From: Candidatus Moraniibacteriota bacterium
GTDB taxonomy: Bacteria > Patescibacteriota > Minisyncoccia > Moranbacterales > UBA1568
DNA length: 64,000 nucleotides
Reading direction: 5' to 3'
Assembly: GCA_049287005.1 (NCBI GenBank)
Contig: JBAQEZ010000003.1
Location: forward strand, 329,745-393,744
The notes beneath the pieces are model-generated. The model searched no databases. It was not told where the DNA came from and saw only the letters and a program-made list of their open reading frames with translations. Below are positions 19,722-28,069 of this stretch, piece after piece (the stretch's first letter is position 1; each line of letters starts with the position of its first letter). The position numbers and the translations under genes are program-made.

Positions 19722-20804
19722 TTACTGTCCGTGCATTTCAAGTTTGCGGCGCATGTCTTCTTCTTCGAGGGCAGTGATGATCTGTTCAAAATTGCCGGCC
19801 AACACTTGGGGGATATTGCTCCAAGACATCTTGATGCGGTGATCGGTGATGCGATCCTGGGGGAAATTGTAGGTACGGATCTTCTCGCTGCGATCACCGG
19901 TGCCGATCTGGCTCTTGCGCGCGTCGCCCTGTTCTTTGGCTTGACGGTCTTCTTCTAGCTGGTAAAGACGGGAGCGCAAGACCTTGAGCGCCTTCTCTTT
20001 GTTTTTGATCTGAGACTTTTCGTCCTGACAAGAGACGACCGTATTGGTAGGGAGGTGGGTGATGCGGACGGCGCTGTAGGTCGTGTTGACGGATTGGCCG
20101 CCCGGGCCGGAGGAACAGAACGTGTCGATACGGAGGTCTTCGGGGCGGATGACGACTTCCACCTCTTCGATTTGTGGCAAAATCACCACGGTGGCCGTGG
20201 ACGTGTGGATGCGCCCGGATTTTTCCGTTTCCGGGATGCGCTGGACACGATGAACCCCGGATTCGTACTTCATTTTCTGATAGACGGGGGCAGTGCTTAC
20301 ACCGCGATTGATTTCAAACACGACTTCTTTGAATCCGCCGACTTCCGTTTGGTTGGAGTGGAGCATGACCGTCTGCCAACCTTGTTTCTCAACGTAATGC
20401 GAGTACATGCGGAAAAGTTCCGCGGCGAAAAGACTGGATTCGTCGCCGCCGGCTCCGCCGCGAATTTCGACGATGACATCTTTCTCATCAGCCGGATCTT
20501 TGGGGAGAAGGAGACGTTTGAGTTCCTCTTCGAGCGTGGATTTTTCTCCCGCCAAAGCGAGATTTTCTTCCATGGCCATAGCTTGGAGTTCGGCCTCTTC
20601 CTCATTCTGGGTCAGTTCGGCATTGCCGCGCATGGCAACTTCAATCGCCCGGAGGCGATGCACGCGTTCCAGAATGACGTCCAGTTCGGATTTGCGCCGA
20701 CTCATGGCGACCATTTTCTTGTGGTCATTCTGCAGCGCCTCACTGGCGAGCGCTGCCTCGAGCTCACGATACTCGGCTTCAATTTTCTGAATCAGATTCT
20801 GCAT
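19722..20804 (-). CDS. prfA: peptide chain release factor 1
   Basis: GGQ motif ([11 protein letters not shown]) and RF1-type codon-recognition domain. Confidence 0.95.
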   Translation of the reverse strand: MQNLIQKIEAEYRELEAALASEALQNDHKKMVAMSRRKSELDVILERVHRLRAIEVAMRGNAELTQNEEEAELQAMAMEENLALAGEKSTLEEELKRLLLPKDPADEKDVIVEIRGGAGGDESSLFAAELFRMYSHYVEKQGWQTVMLHSNQTEVGGFKEVVFEINRGVSTAPVYQKMKYESGVHRVQRIPETEKSGRIHTSTATVVILPQIEEVEVVIRPEDLRIDTFCSSGPGGQSVNTTYSAVRITHLPTNTVVSCQDEKSQIKNKEKALKVLRSRLYQLEEDRQAKEQGDARKSQIGTGDRSEKIRTYNFPQDRITDHRIKMSWSNIPQVLAGNFEQIITALEEEDMRRKLEMHGQ

Positions 20805-20914
20805 ATTTTTGCTTTATAGAAAGCTCAATCTAAAAATTCTTCACTTCCCGCCCCTGACATCTTTCTGTTTTTATGAAGAACATCTTTTGTTAGCCTACGG
20901 TATTTTGAAAGAAA

Positions 20915-20944
20915 AAACAATCCCGCCAAGGCGGGATTGTTTTG
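20915..20944 (-). terminator. rho-independent terminator downstream of rpmE
   Basis: AAAACAATCCCGCCAAGGCGGGATTGTTTT is a perfect hairpin flanked by A and T runs. Confidence 0.75.
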
Positions 20945-20955
20945 TATAAGTAAAG

Positions 20956-21249
20956 CTAGGCTGCCTGCTTGGCAGTTTTCTTTTCCTCTTCTGCTTTGAC
21001 GGTTTTCTTGGCTTTGGAAACCTTGAGACGATCGGCTTGCTTGGCCTCGGATTTGAGCGAGAGCTTCTTGAAGCGGTCTACTCGGCCAGTGGCATCGATA
21101 AATTTCTTCTTGCCGGTATAGAAGGGATGGCACTGGGAACAGATTTCCGTGCGCATGGTTTCGACGGTCGAGCCAGTTTCCAGCACGGCACCGCAGGCGC
21201 ACGTGATGGTTGCTTCTTTGAAATAATTCGGGTGGATGCCTTGCTTCAT
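20956..21249 (-). CDS. rpmE: 50S ribosomal protein L31
   Basis: MKQGIHPNY...CxxC...C.xCHP matches L31. Start placed at the internal ATG; the listed longer ORF has a spurious N-extension. Confidence 0.85.
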   Translation of the reverse strand: MKQGIHPNYFKEATITCACGAVLETGSTVETMRTEICSQCHPFYTGKKKFIDATGRVDRFKKLSLKSEAKQADRLKVSKAKKTVKAEEEKKTAKQAA

Positions 21250-21461
21250 AATTTTTTTGATGAAATCACGATAAATATGTATAAACCACTCTAGCATGGC
21301 TCGTTAAAGTTGACAACCCCTGCCAAAAGCGTTTCGCGCGAGCCGCCAGTGGCGGAGGACGACCCTGTCTCAGGATAGGCAAACAAGCCTTAGTAAGCAC
21401 TTGCCAGGTTCGCTGTATTCTGTTACGCTGGTAACTGTATTTTCCTGTTGTTTTCCTGTGG

Positions 21462-21490
21462 TTGACAATAGCATACATCAGACATATTTT
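21462..21490 (+). promoter_or_regulatory. sigma70-like promoter for rpsB-tsf (TTGACA, 17 nt, TATTTT)
   Basis: Consensus -35 at 21462-21467 and a -10 at 21485-21490. A structured ~120-nt leader with hairpins follows, including CCCGCCTAAGGCGGG. Confidence 0.55.
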
Positions 21491-21613
21491 TCCGAGGGAT
21501 CCGTTCCTGGCCTGCCCTGCAGTGCTTTCAGGATCCGTATAAGGAAGAATAGGTGGCCCATTCGGGTGATTCCCGCCTAAGGCGGGTAAATAATTCAATA
21601 AGGAAGTAAGAAT

Positions 21614-22450
21614 ATGTCGGAAACGACTCCAGCAGCAGCCGATGCAGGCGCTTCGCAAAAGGCCCCGCAAGCGGAAATAAGCGAACATTTTTTCGCTACG
21701 TTTGATTTTGCCACAATGGATGTCAGCCTGGAAGGGCTGCTCAAAGCAGGTGTCCACTTCGGTCACCTGAAGTCGCGTCGTCATCCGAAAATGGATCAAT
21801 ACATCTATACGACACGCAAGAATATCAATATCTTGGATCTCGAAAAGACATCCGAGAAACTTCGAGTAGCCGCCAAGTTCTTGGCCGAAGTGACGAAAAG
21901 CGGGAAACCGATTCTTTTTGTCGGTATGAAGAAGCAGACGCAGGATACCGTACAGTCGTTAGCTACACGCTTGGGTGAATCATATGTTATCGATCGCTGG
22001 CTCGGAGGAACACTGACGAATTTCTCCTGCATCAATTCTCGTGCGAAATACCTGAACGAAACCCATGACAAGATCGAACAGGGCGAGTTCAAGAAATACA
22101 CCAAATTCGAACAAGCCAAGAAGAATGAGGAAGTTGAGAAGCTGGAGCGGAAGGTCGGCGGTATCAAGCGTATGGGGCAGTTGCCGGGGGCCATCGTGAT
22201 CGCTGATGTCAAGGAAGCGGCACTGGTTATCCATGAGGCGAGAAAAATGCTTATCCCTGTCATTGGTATTACCGATACGAATACCGACCCGAGCTTTGTC
22301 GATTATCCTATTCCAGGGAACGATGATGCTCTTTCTTCCCTCCGTCTGCTTTTGGGATATTTGGGGAAAACTATCCTTGAAACGAAAGAGAAGGCAGTAG
22401 CTGAGAAGGCTGCAGTCAAGGAAGTAGTCAAAGAAAAAGTAGCTGAGTAA
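21614..22450 (+). CDS. rpsB: 30S ribosomal protein S2
   Basis: LLKAGVHFGH motif and S2 fold signature; RBS AGGAAG. Confidence 0.95.
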   Translation: MSETTPAAADAGASQKAPQAEISEHFFATFDFATMDVSLEGLLKAGVHFGHLKSRRHPKMDQYIYTTRKNINILDLEKTSEKLRVAAKFLAEVTKSGKPILFVGMKKQTQDTVQSLATRLGESYVIDRWLGGTLTNFSCINSRAKYLNETHDKIEQGEFKKYTKFEQAKKNEEVEKLERKVGGIKRMGQLPGAIVIADVKEAALVIHEARKMLIPVIGITDTNTDPSFVDYPIPGNDDALSSLRLLLGYLGKTILETKEKAVAEKAAVKEVVKEKVAE

Positions 22451-22521
22451 TTTTTTGTGGGGCGTTCGTTTGGACTCTCCCGCTAAGAAGCTCCAAGCTA
22501 ATCAGCTAAAAAGCTAAAATT

Positions 22522-23106
22522 ATGAGCTCGATGGAACAAGTGAAGATGCTGCGCGAAAAGACCGGCGCTGGCATCGTTGATGTGAAAAAAGCTTTGGATG
22601 AAGCAAACTATGACGAGGCACAAGCTCTTCTCATCCTTCGGAAACGTGGTCAAGATAAGGCGTTGAAGAAAAGCGATCGGGAGGCACACGAGGGCATTAT
22701 TGTTTCTTATATCCACTCGAATGATCATATCGGCGTTCTGATGAAGCTTTTCTGCGAAACGGATTTTGTGGCTCGTAACGAAGAATTTCGTGAGCTGGGT
22801 CGTGATATCGCTTTGCATATCGCTGCCTCCGCGCCACGGTACGTGAAGCCGGAAGAGGTGCCGGAAGTATCAGTGGAAAAAGAGCGTGAGATTTGGCGCG
22901 AACAGCTTGTCAAAGAGAACAAGCCGCAAGAGCTGATGGAAAAAATTATGGCCGGAAAAGAGGAGAAATTCCGGAACGAAAACGCTCTTTTGACACAGGT
23001 TTTTGTCAAAGATCCGAATAAGACTGTCGGGGAATTGTTGACTGAAAAGATTCAGAAGATCGGAGAAAATATCCAGATAGGCGGATTTGTTCGCTACGAA
23101 ATGTAG
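22522..23106 (+). CDS. tsf: elongation factor Ts (short form, 194 aa)
   Basis: MLREKTGAGIVDVKKAL (UBA-like N-terminus) and TDFVARN core. No SD; an AGCTA-repeat motif precedes it. Confidence 0.9.
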   Translation: MSSMEQVKMLREKTGAGIVDVKKALDEANYDEAQALLILRKRGQDKALKKSDREAHEGIIVSYIHSNDHIGVLMKLFCETDFVARNEEFRELGRDIALHIAASAPRYVKPEEVPEVSVEKEREIWREQLVKENKPQELMEKIMAGKEEKFRNENALLTQVFVKDPNKTVGELLTEKIQKIGENIQIGGFVRYEM

Positions 23107-23174
23107 GCGTTGTCATTGCGCTTGGAATTCCGTCACTCCTTAGGAATTATAATCGACCCTCTTATTCAAGTTCC

Positions 23175-23897
23175 ATGTGGTATCTCATCATCCCACCAAT
23201 CGTCGTTGTCGTCAGTTTGTCATTTGTGTTGTGGTACCTGTCTCGTAAAGGAGCTGATCCGTCGGTCGTGAGAAAGATTTCTCAGTTAGCGGGTGGTGTT
23301 GAACAGAAGGTGTCTTTTTTCCGCACCAAAAATTTTTTTCTGCGTATTTTGGAAAAAACAGCCCATCGTTTCAAGATTTTGTTCCTTCAGATGCACAATA
23401 CTTTGAATGATTTGACGCAGTTACTGAAAGAACGGCGGAGACGCTTTCAAGAAAAAGATGGTACGGTAGCCCTGAAGGCTCCTGGAGCAGCTTCTGCGCA
23501 TGAGGTGGTGTCGGAAAGTCCGCAGCCCCTCCTCCGTTCGCAGGCTGTGGCAATTGCTGGAATGAAGCGGTTTGTTCAGCCTGTACCGACAACAAGACTC
23601 GAGGCGACGGAAGCCGTGTCTCGTCCGATGGTGAGTGAAACGATGGTTCATCCGGAAGAGTCTTATCATAAGACGTCGGCAGACGTTGTCCACGAAGATG
23701 GTCTGATCGCGCGTATCGCCGTCAATCCCAAGGATTTTGTCGCCTATGAGGAGCTGGGTGACCATTATCTCAAAATTGGAAACATGAAAGACGCGAAAGA
23801 ATGTTACCGGCAAGTGCTCAAATTGAGCTCGGTTCAGCGTATGGCGAAGATCAAAATCCGTCGTCTGGAAAAAATGCTTTTGCAGAAAGAACAATAG
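23175..23897 (+). CDS. hypothetical membrane-anchored protein with C-terminal TPR-like repeat
   Basis: N-terminal TM (LIIPPIVVVVSLSFVLWYL). The C-terminus YEELGDHYLKIGNMKDAKECYRQVLKL is TPR-like. Confidence 0.45.
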   Translation: MWYLIIPPIVVVVSLSFVLWYLSRKGADPSVVRKISQLAGGVEQKVSFFRTKNFFLRILEKTAHRFKILFLQMHNTLNDLTQLLKERRRRFQEKDGTVALKAPGAASAHEVVSESPQPLLRSQAVAIAGMKRFVQPVPTTRLEATEAVSRPMVSETMVHPEESYHKTSADVVHEDGLIARIAVNPKDFVAYEELGDHYLKIGNMKDAKECYRQVLKLSSVQRMAKIKIRRLEKMLLQKEQ

Positions 23898-23904
23898 AGA
23901 GATG

Positions 23905-23977
23905 GCCACCTTAGCTCAGTTGGTAGAGCAACGCACTTGTAATGCGTGGGTCCTCGGTTCGAGTCCGAGAGGTGGCT
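23905..23977 (+). tRNA. tRNA-Thr (anticodon TGT)
   Basis: Manual fold: 7-bp acceptor GCCACCT/AGGTGGC, D-arm GCTCAGTTGGTAGAGC, anticodon loop CTTGTAA, T-loop TTCGAGT. Confidence 0.85.
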
Positions 23978-24031
23978 CAGTTTGAATAAAAGAGACGAGT
24001 TTGATAGGATGTGGTAGTCCTTTGTAAATAT

Positions 24032-24114
24032 GGGTAGGTGGTAGAGTGGTCTATTACAACAGACTGTAAATCTGTCGGCTTCGGCCTTCGGGGGTTCGAA
24101 TCCCTCCCTACCCA
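24032..24114 (+). tRNA. tRNA-Tyr (anticodon GTA) with long variable arm
   Basis: Acceptor GGGTAGG/CCTACCC, anticodon loop CTGTAAA, long variable arm, T-loop TTCGAAT. Confidence 0.8.
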
Positions 24115-24121
24115 CAAAAAT

Positions 24122-24151
24122 GAAAACAACTCCCGCAAGGGGGTTGTTTTC
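24122..24151 (+). terminator. rho-independent terminator after the tRNA-Thr/tRNA-Tyr pair
   Basis: GAAAACAACTCCCGCAAGGGGGTTGTTTTC hairpin. Confidence 0.7.
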
Positions 24152-24164
24152 ATTTGGGTAGGAG

Positions 24165-24298
24165 GAAGCCAACTGCTTGGCTTCCGAGAGGGATGAGAAG
24201 GCCGGAACGCTGTACGAGTTTGCCCATAGGGCAAGGCGAGTACCGTGAGGCGGGGTCGCGAAATTTTTCCGTCAGGAAAAATATTTGTGACCGAATCC
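24165..24298 (+). ncRNA. candidate structured RNA / repeat element, copy A
   Basis: Begins with hairpin GAAGCCAA-CTGC-TTGGCTTC, shares the block GTGAGGCGGGGTCGCGA with copy B, has a second hairpin ATTTTTCC-GTCA-GGAAAAAT, and ends TTGTGACCGAATCC. The terminal motif recurs at 24414-24430. Confidence 0.4.
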
Positions 24299-24497
24299 AT
24301 GTTAACGTGAAGGGCGTGAGTAGAAAGCGAGCGAGCGCAGCTTTCTGTGTGTAGCGCCAAGGCTCCGCGTCGGAGCGCGGAGGAATCCCTCTCGCTTACT
24401 GTTAGCAAATTATCTGTGACCGAATCCATTCCGCTGGACTTTTTCGTGAAAATCCTTACAATAGAAAAGTCACCGGAAGTAGATTTTTATTGAAACC

Positions 24498-24944
24498 ATG
24501 CAATTCAAAAAGAAACTTGTTTTTGAAACAGAATATTGGCGTGTTGGTTTGGCTGAAGAACAGACGTATCTTGGCTATTGTGTAGTTGCTTTGAAAAGGC
24601 AGGAAGGATTAAGGGGAGATTTGGTGGATCTTACACAAGAGGAGGCTATTGATTTTTTCAATGTGGTGAAGAAGTTTGAGGTAGCTCTTCGCGGCGCTTT
24701 TGATGCAACGATGTTTAATTGGTCCTGTCTCATGAACAATGCGTACCAGTTGCCGGATCCAAAACCACATGTTCATTGGCACGTGAAGCCACGATATAAT
24801 CATTCAGTTGAATTCGAAGGAGAGACCTTTGAAGATGTGAGATTCGGCCACCATTACACATTACTTGAAAATCTCAATCGGACGGTATCTGAGGAAGTGC
24901 AAGAAAAGATTATTGCAAAGATACAAGAGAGTTTGCCGTTGTAG
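24498..24944 (+). CDS. HIT (histidine triad) family hydrolase
   Basis: HVHWHV histidine-triad motif and HIT-like N-terminus. Its TAG stop lies inside the 5' end of the following tRNA-Thr gene. Confidence 0.75.
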   Translation: MQFKKKLVFETEYWRVGLAEEQTYLGYCVVALKRQEGLRGDLVDLTQEEAIDFFNVVKKFEVALRGAFDATMFNWSCLMNNAYQLPDPKPHVHWHVKPRYNHSVEFEGETFEDVRFGHHYTLLENLNRTVSEEVQEKIIAKIQESLPL

Positions 24945-25008
24945 CTCAGTTGGTAGAGCACGTCATTGGTAATGACGAGGTCATCGGTTCAATCCCGATC
25001 AACGGCTC
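24936..25008 (+). tRNA. tRNA-Thr (anticodon GGT)
   Basis: Acceptor GCCGTTG/CAACGGC, anticodon loop TTGGTAA, T-loop TTCAATC. Confidence 0.85.
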
Positions 25009-25187
25009 AAATAAGAGCAGAGGAGTGTTGATCATGTCGCTCGTCCGTCACGTCATTCGAGCAACGATAGTGACAAGTTGGGCGACAGAGTATTGACCAC
25101 GTCGTTCGCGAGCGACGGTGGTTGACGAAAGCAGTGTTTTCCAGTACAGTGAAAAAGCTTTGTAAACAGCTAGCAATCGAGAGGAAT

Positions 25188-25349
25188 ATGGGACAGATAA
25201 AAGATACGATAGTAAAACTCAAGTGTTCTCTGTGTAGCCGTATCACGCATTACACGAAACGCAATAAGAAAAAAGTGAAAGAAAAGCTTGCGCTCAGCAA
25301 ATATTGCCGTTTCTGTCAGAAGAACGCACCTCACACCGAGAGCAAATAG
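25188..25349 (+). CDS. rpmG: 50S ribosomal protein L33 (zinc-ribbon type)
   Basis: MGQIKDTIVKLKCSLCSRITHYTKRNKKKVKEKLALSKYCRFCQKNAPH has the L33 pattern with four Cys. Start reassigned to the internal ATG. Confidence 0.85.
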   Translation: MGQIKDTIVKLKCSLCSRITHYTKRNKKKVKEKLALSKYCRFCQKNAPHTESK

Positions 25350-25426
25350 TTCTCGGTTTTTGGTAATTTTGGTATAATGAATGTGGTTATGTAAGTTGTA
25401 TAACTTATAGTCACTATTCGTTATTT

Positions 25427-26077
25427 ATGTTGAGAGTAGAAGTAAAAGAAAAAGCGACTGCTCTGCGAGAACAGGGGTATTCGCTTAGTGAAATAAGTCA
25501 ACAGTTAAGTATTTCACAAAGTACCGCCAGCTTGTGGTTGAGGGGCATCAAACTATCTGAGAAAGCCAGGGGAAGAATAGATAGTCTGAGTGTTAGTGGA
25601 AGAAAAAAGGCTGTTGAGACAAATAGAAAAAAAAGAGCGGTAGAGGATATAGAAATAGCAGAAAAAGTAGAGAGGTATTTCTTGGGGCAACAAAAAATAG
25701 ATTCTAAAATTGCATGTGCTTTGTTATACTGGGGTGAAGGAACGAAGTATAGTGGCAATAAGTCTGTTTCTTTCATGAATGCGGATCCAGAAATGATAGG
25801 ATATTTTCTCCGTGCCTTCAGAAACTCCTTTTCTCTAGATGAAAAGAGGCTTAGGGCACTTATCCATTTGCATGAGTATCATGATGCGGACAAACAACTT
25901 AAATTTTGGTCAAATATAACAAAGATTCCCACCAGTCAATTCAATAAATCGTATCTCAAGAAGAACACGGGTAAGAGCGAAAAGGAAAATTATCCAGGCT
26001 GTATCAGCATTAGGTACTCTGATAATAAAGTCTATAAAGAATTGATGCTTATTATAGGAAAACTAGCGAAGATATAA
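25427..26077 (+). CDS. hypothetical HTH-domain protein (216 aa), low GC
   Basis: N-terminal HTH (GYSLSEISQQLSISQSTASLWLRG). Codon usage is visibly more AT-rich than neighbouring genes. It is inserted between rpmG and tRNA-Trp. Confidence 0.5.
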   Translation: MLRVEVKEKATALREQGYSLSEISQQLSISQSTASLWLRGIKLSEKARGRIDSLSVSGRKKAVETNRKKRAVEDIEIAEKVERYFLGQQKIDSKIACALLYWGEGTKYSGNKSVSFMNADPEMIGYFLRAFRNSFSLDEKRLRALIHLHEYHDADKQLKFWSNITKIPTSQFNKSYLKKNTGKSEKENYPGCISIRYSDNKVYKELMLIIGKLAKI

Positions 26078-26085
26078 AATAGAAT

Positions 26086-26156
26086 GCGAGTGTAGTTTAA
26101 CGGTAGAACAGCGGCCTCCAAATCCGCTAGCGAAGGTCCGACTCCTTCCACTCGTG
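26086..26156 (+). tRNA. tRNA-Trp (anticodon CCA)
   Basis: Acceptor GCGAGTG/CACTCGT, anticodon loop CTCCAAA. The T-loop TCCGACT has C at position 55. Confidence 0.75.
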
Positions 26157-26202
26157 CTAGAAATCATTTGGTATTTGTCATTTGAATTTTGATATTTCAA
26201 AT

Positions 26203-26274
26203 GGCCCTATCGTCTATCGGCTAGGACGCCAGGTTCTCATCCTGGTAAGAGGGGTCCGACTCCCCTTAGGGCTA
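26203..26274 (+). tRNA. tRNA-Glu (anticodon CTC)
   Basis: Close to E. coli tRNA-Glu in architecture: 3-bp D-stem GTC/GAC, anticodon loop TTCTCAT, T-arm AGGGG-TCCGACT-CCCCT, acceptor GGCCCTA/TAGGGCT. Confidence 0.75.
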
Positions 26275-26296
26275 CAACGAAGTTGAAGACATAAAA

Positions 26297-26406
26297 CACG
26301 CCAACTGCTTGGCGTGTGTGGGGATGTCGAAAGCCGGAGCGATGCCGCAAGGCTGCGAGGCGGGGTCGCGAGCCATACGTCTCGTATGGACTTGTGACCG
26401 ACTCTC
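26297..26406 (+). ncRNA. candidate structured RNA / repeat element, copy B
   Basis: Hairpin CACGCCAA-CTGC-TTGGCGTG has the same loop as copy A with different stem bases. It shares the block GAGGCGGGGTCGCGA, has a second hairpin CCATACG-TCTC-GTATGG, and ends TTGTGACCGACTCTC. It is bracketed by direct repeats of TAGGGCTACAACGAAG at 26267-26282 and 26407-26422. Confidence 0.4.
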
Positions 26407-26448
26407 TAGGGCTACAACGAAGAACCCTCCTTCAGGCCACATGTTTTT

Positions 26449-26478
26449 TTGACACAAAAGGTACTCTCCTGGTATCTT
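26449..26478 (+). promoter_or_regulatory. candidate promoter for purD (TTGACA, 18 nt, TATCTT)
   Basis: -35 at 26449-26454 and a -10-like hexamer at 26473-26478. Confidence 0.35.
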
Positions 26479-26556
26479 TTCTTATCAAGCCGATTCCAAA
26501 GTAATGTGGCTTGATTGGGTTCTTGAACAATATGCCATCGACAAGGAGAGAATGCT

Positions 26557-27885
26557 ATGAAGAGGATACCGGAACAGCAACGAAAGCCTTTGAGCAGAAT
26601 ATTGGTTATCGGTAGCGGTGGCCGTGAACATGCCATCGCGTGGAAACTGGCGCAAAGCCCAGAAGTGGAAGCGGTGTATGTCGCGTCCGGCAATGTTGGA
26701 ACGGCAAGGGAGCCGAAGGTACAGAATATTCCCATTACCGACATTGCGCTCCTCGCGGATTTTGCAGCGCAGAACAGTATCGATGTGACGGTGGTAGGAC
26801 CTGAAGCGCCATTGGTAGCGGGCATCGTGGATCTGTTTCGCGACCGTGGTCTGAAGATTTTTGGTCCGACGCAAGCAGCGGCGCAATTGGAATCCTCCAA
26901 GACTTTCGCGAAGCGTTTCATGAACCGTTGTCATATACCGACTGCGGACTACTGCGAATTCGCTTCCGCGGCATTGGCACATACCTACCTTGTCAGTCGG
27001 TCTCTTGACGATCTGCCGATTGTGGTCAAGGCCGATTGGTTGGCTGCGGGCAAAGGGGTGGTAGTCGCCAAGAGCCACCGTGAGGCGCACGACGCAGTCG
27101 ACATGCTTTTTGCCGCTACGACTGTGCCGGATCAGGAGAAACGGATCATCATCGAAAACTGCATTGCCGGCACGGAGGCGAGTTACATCGTCATGGTTGA
27201 TGGTCGGAATGTTTTGGCATTGGTGACGAGCCAGGATCATAAACGCCTCCTCGACGACAACAGGGGATTGAATACCGGCGGTATGGGAGCGATTTCTCCT
27301 GCGCCTATCATCACGTCTGCTATGAATACGCGCGTCATGCATGAAATTATCATGCCTGCGGTGCACAGAATGGCCGACGAAGGTATCCCGTACACCGGAT
27401 TTCTCTACGCGGGGCTGATGATCGATGCCGAGAACAACCCATATGTACTCGAGTTCAACTGTCGCCTTGGCGATCCGGAAACGGAAGTGATCCTGATGCG
27501 CTTACGGAGCGATCTGTATCCGCTCATCAGGCACGGCGCGAATGGCACGCTGGATTTGGCGAATGCGGAGTGGGATGATCGCGTAGCGCTCGGCGTCGTG
27601 CTGGCAGCTGCCGGTTATCCAGATAAACCGCGCAAGGGGGATCCAATTTCCGGGTTGCCGCGGGAAACCCCTGACTGCAAAGTCTTCCATGCCGGTACCG
27701 CCGAAGCGGGCGACAAGCTCGTTACGGCGGGCGGGCGCGTGTTGTGCGTGACGGTGCTTGGCGACGATATCGGCGATGCGCGGAGGCGAGCTTACGAAGC
27801 GGTGAAAACCGTTCACTTCGCAGGGGTGCAATACCGGAAAGACATCGGCAAATGTGCTTTGGCGGCAGCCGCTGATGTCAACTAA
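26557..27885 (+). CDS. purD: phosphoribosylamine--glycine ligase
   Basis: VLVIGSGGREHAIAWKLAQS N-terminus and an ATP-grasp core (GFLYAGLMI, EFNCRLGDPE). Confidence 0.9.
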   Translation: MKRIPEQQRKPLSRILVIGSGGREHAIAWKLAQSPEVEAVYVASGNVGTAREPKVQNIPITDIALLADFAAQNSIDVTVVGPEAPLVAGIVDLFRDRGLKIFGPTQAAAQLESSKTFAKRFMNRCHIPTADYCEFASAALAHTYLVSRSLDDLPIVVKADWLAAGKGVVVAKSHREAHDAVDMLFAATTVPDQEKRIIIENCIAGTEASYIVMVDGRNVLALVTSQDHKRLLDDNRGLNTGGMGAISPAPIITSAMNTRVMHEIIMPAVHRMADEGIPYTGFLYAGLMIDAENNPYVLEFNCRLGDPETEVILMRLRSDLYPLIRHGANGTLDLANAEWDDRVALGVVLAAAGYPDKPRKGDPISGLPRETPDCKVFHAGTAEAGDKLVTAGGRVLCVTVLGDDIGDARRRAYEAVKTVHFAGVQYRKDIGKCALAAAADVN

Positions 27886-28069
27886 GCGATTGGCAATGTC
27901 GTGACGGATTCCGTTGCGCAAGGGCGGGAGGTGGTAATATGCACCTTTCGCCCGATTTTTTTATACGATTCTTCCTTTTTGACAAAGAGGCCGTGAAGCC
28001 CTATCCTGTAAAGCTGGCTTTGAGCTGGTTTTCGTCCGTTAACAACCGAAAGAGAAAGCGAGGTCTGGA

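Noticed and set aside
24156-24497. Possibility that the 342-nt tRNA-flanking region encodes RNase P RNA
   Set aside because: Only loose resemblance to the P4 GAAAGUCCGG and CCAUAGGGCA blocks. The conserved ACAGAAUCCGGCUUA and other CR regions are not present. It is better explained as repeat element A plus divergent copies.
26412-27366. Minus-strand ORFs of 169 and 293 aa
   Set aside because: Antisense to the highly conserved purD coding sequence.
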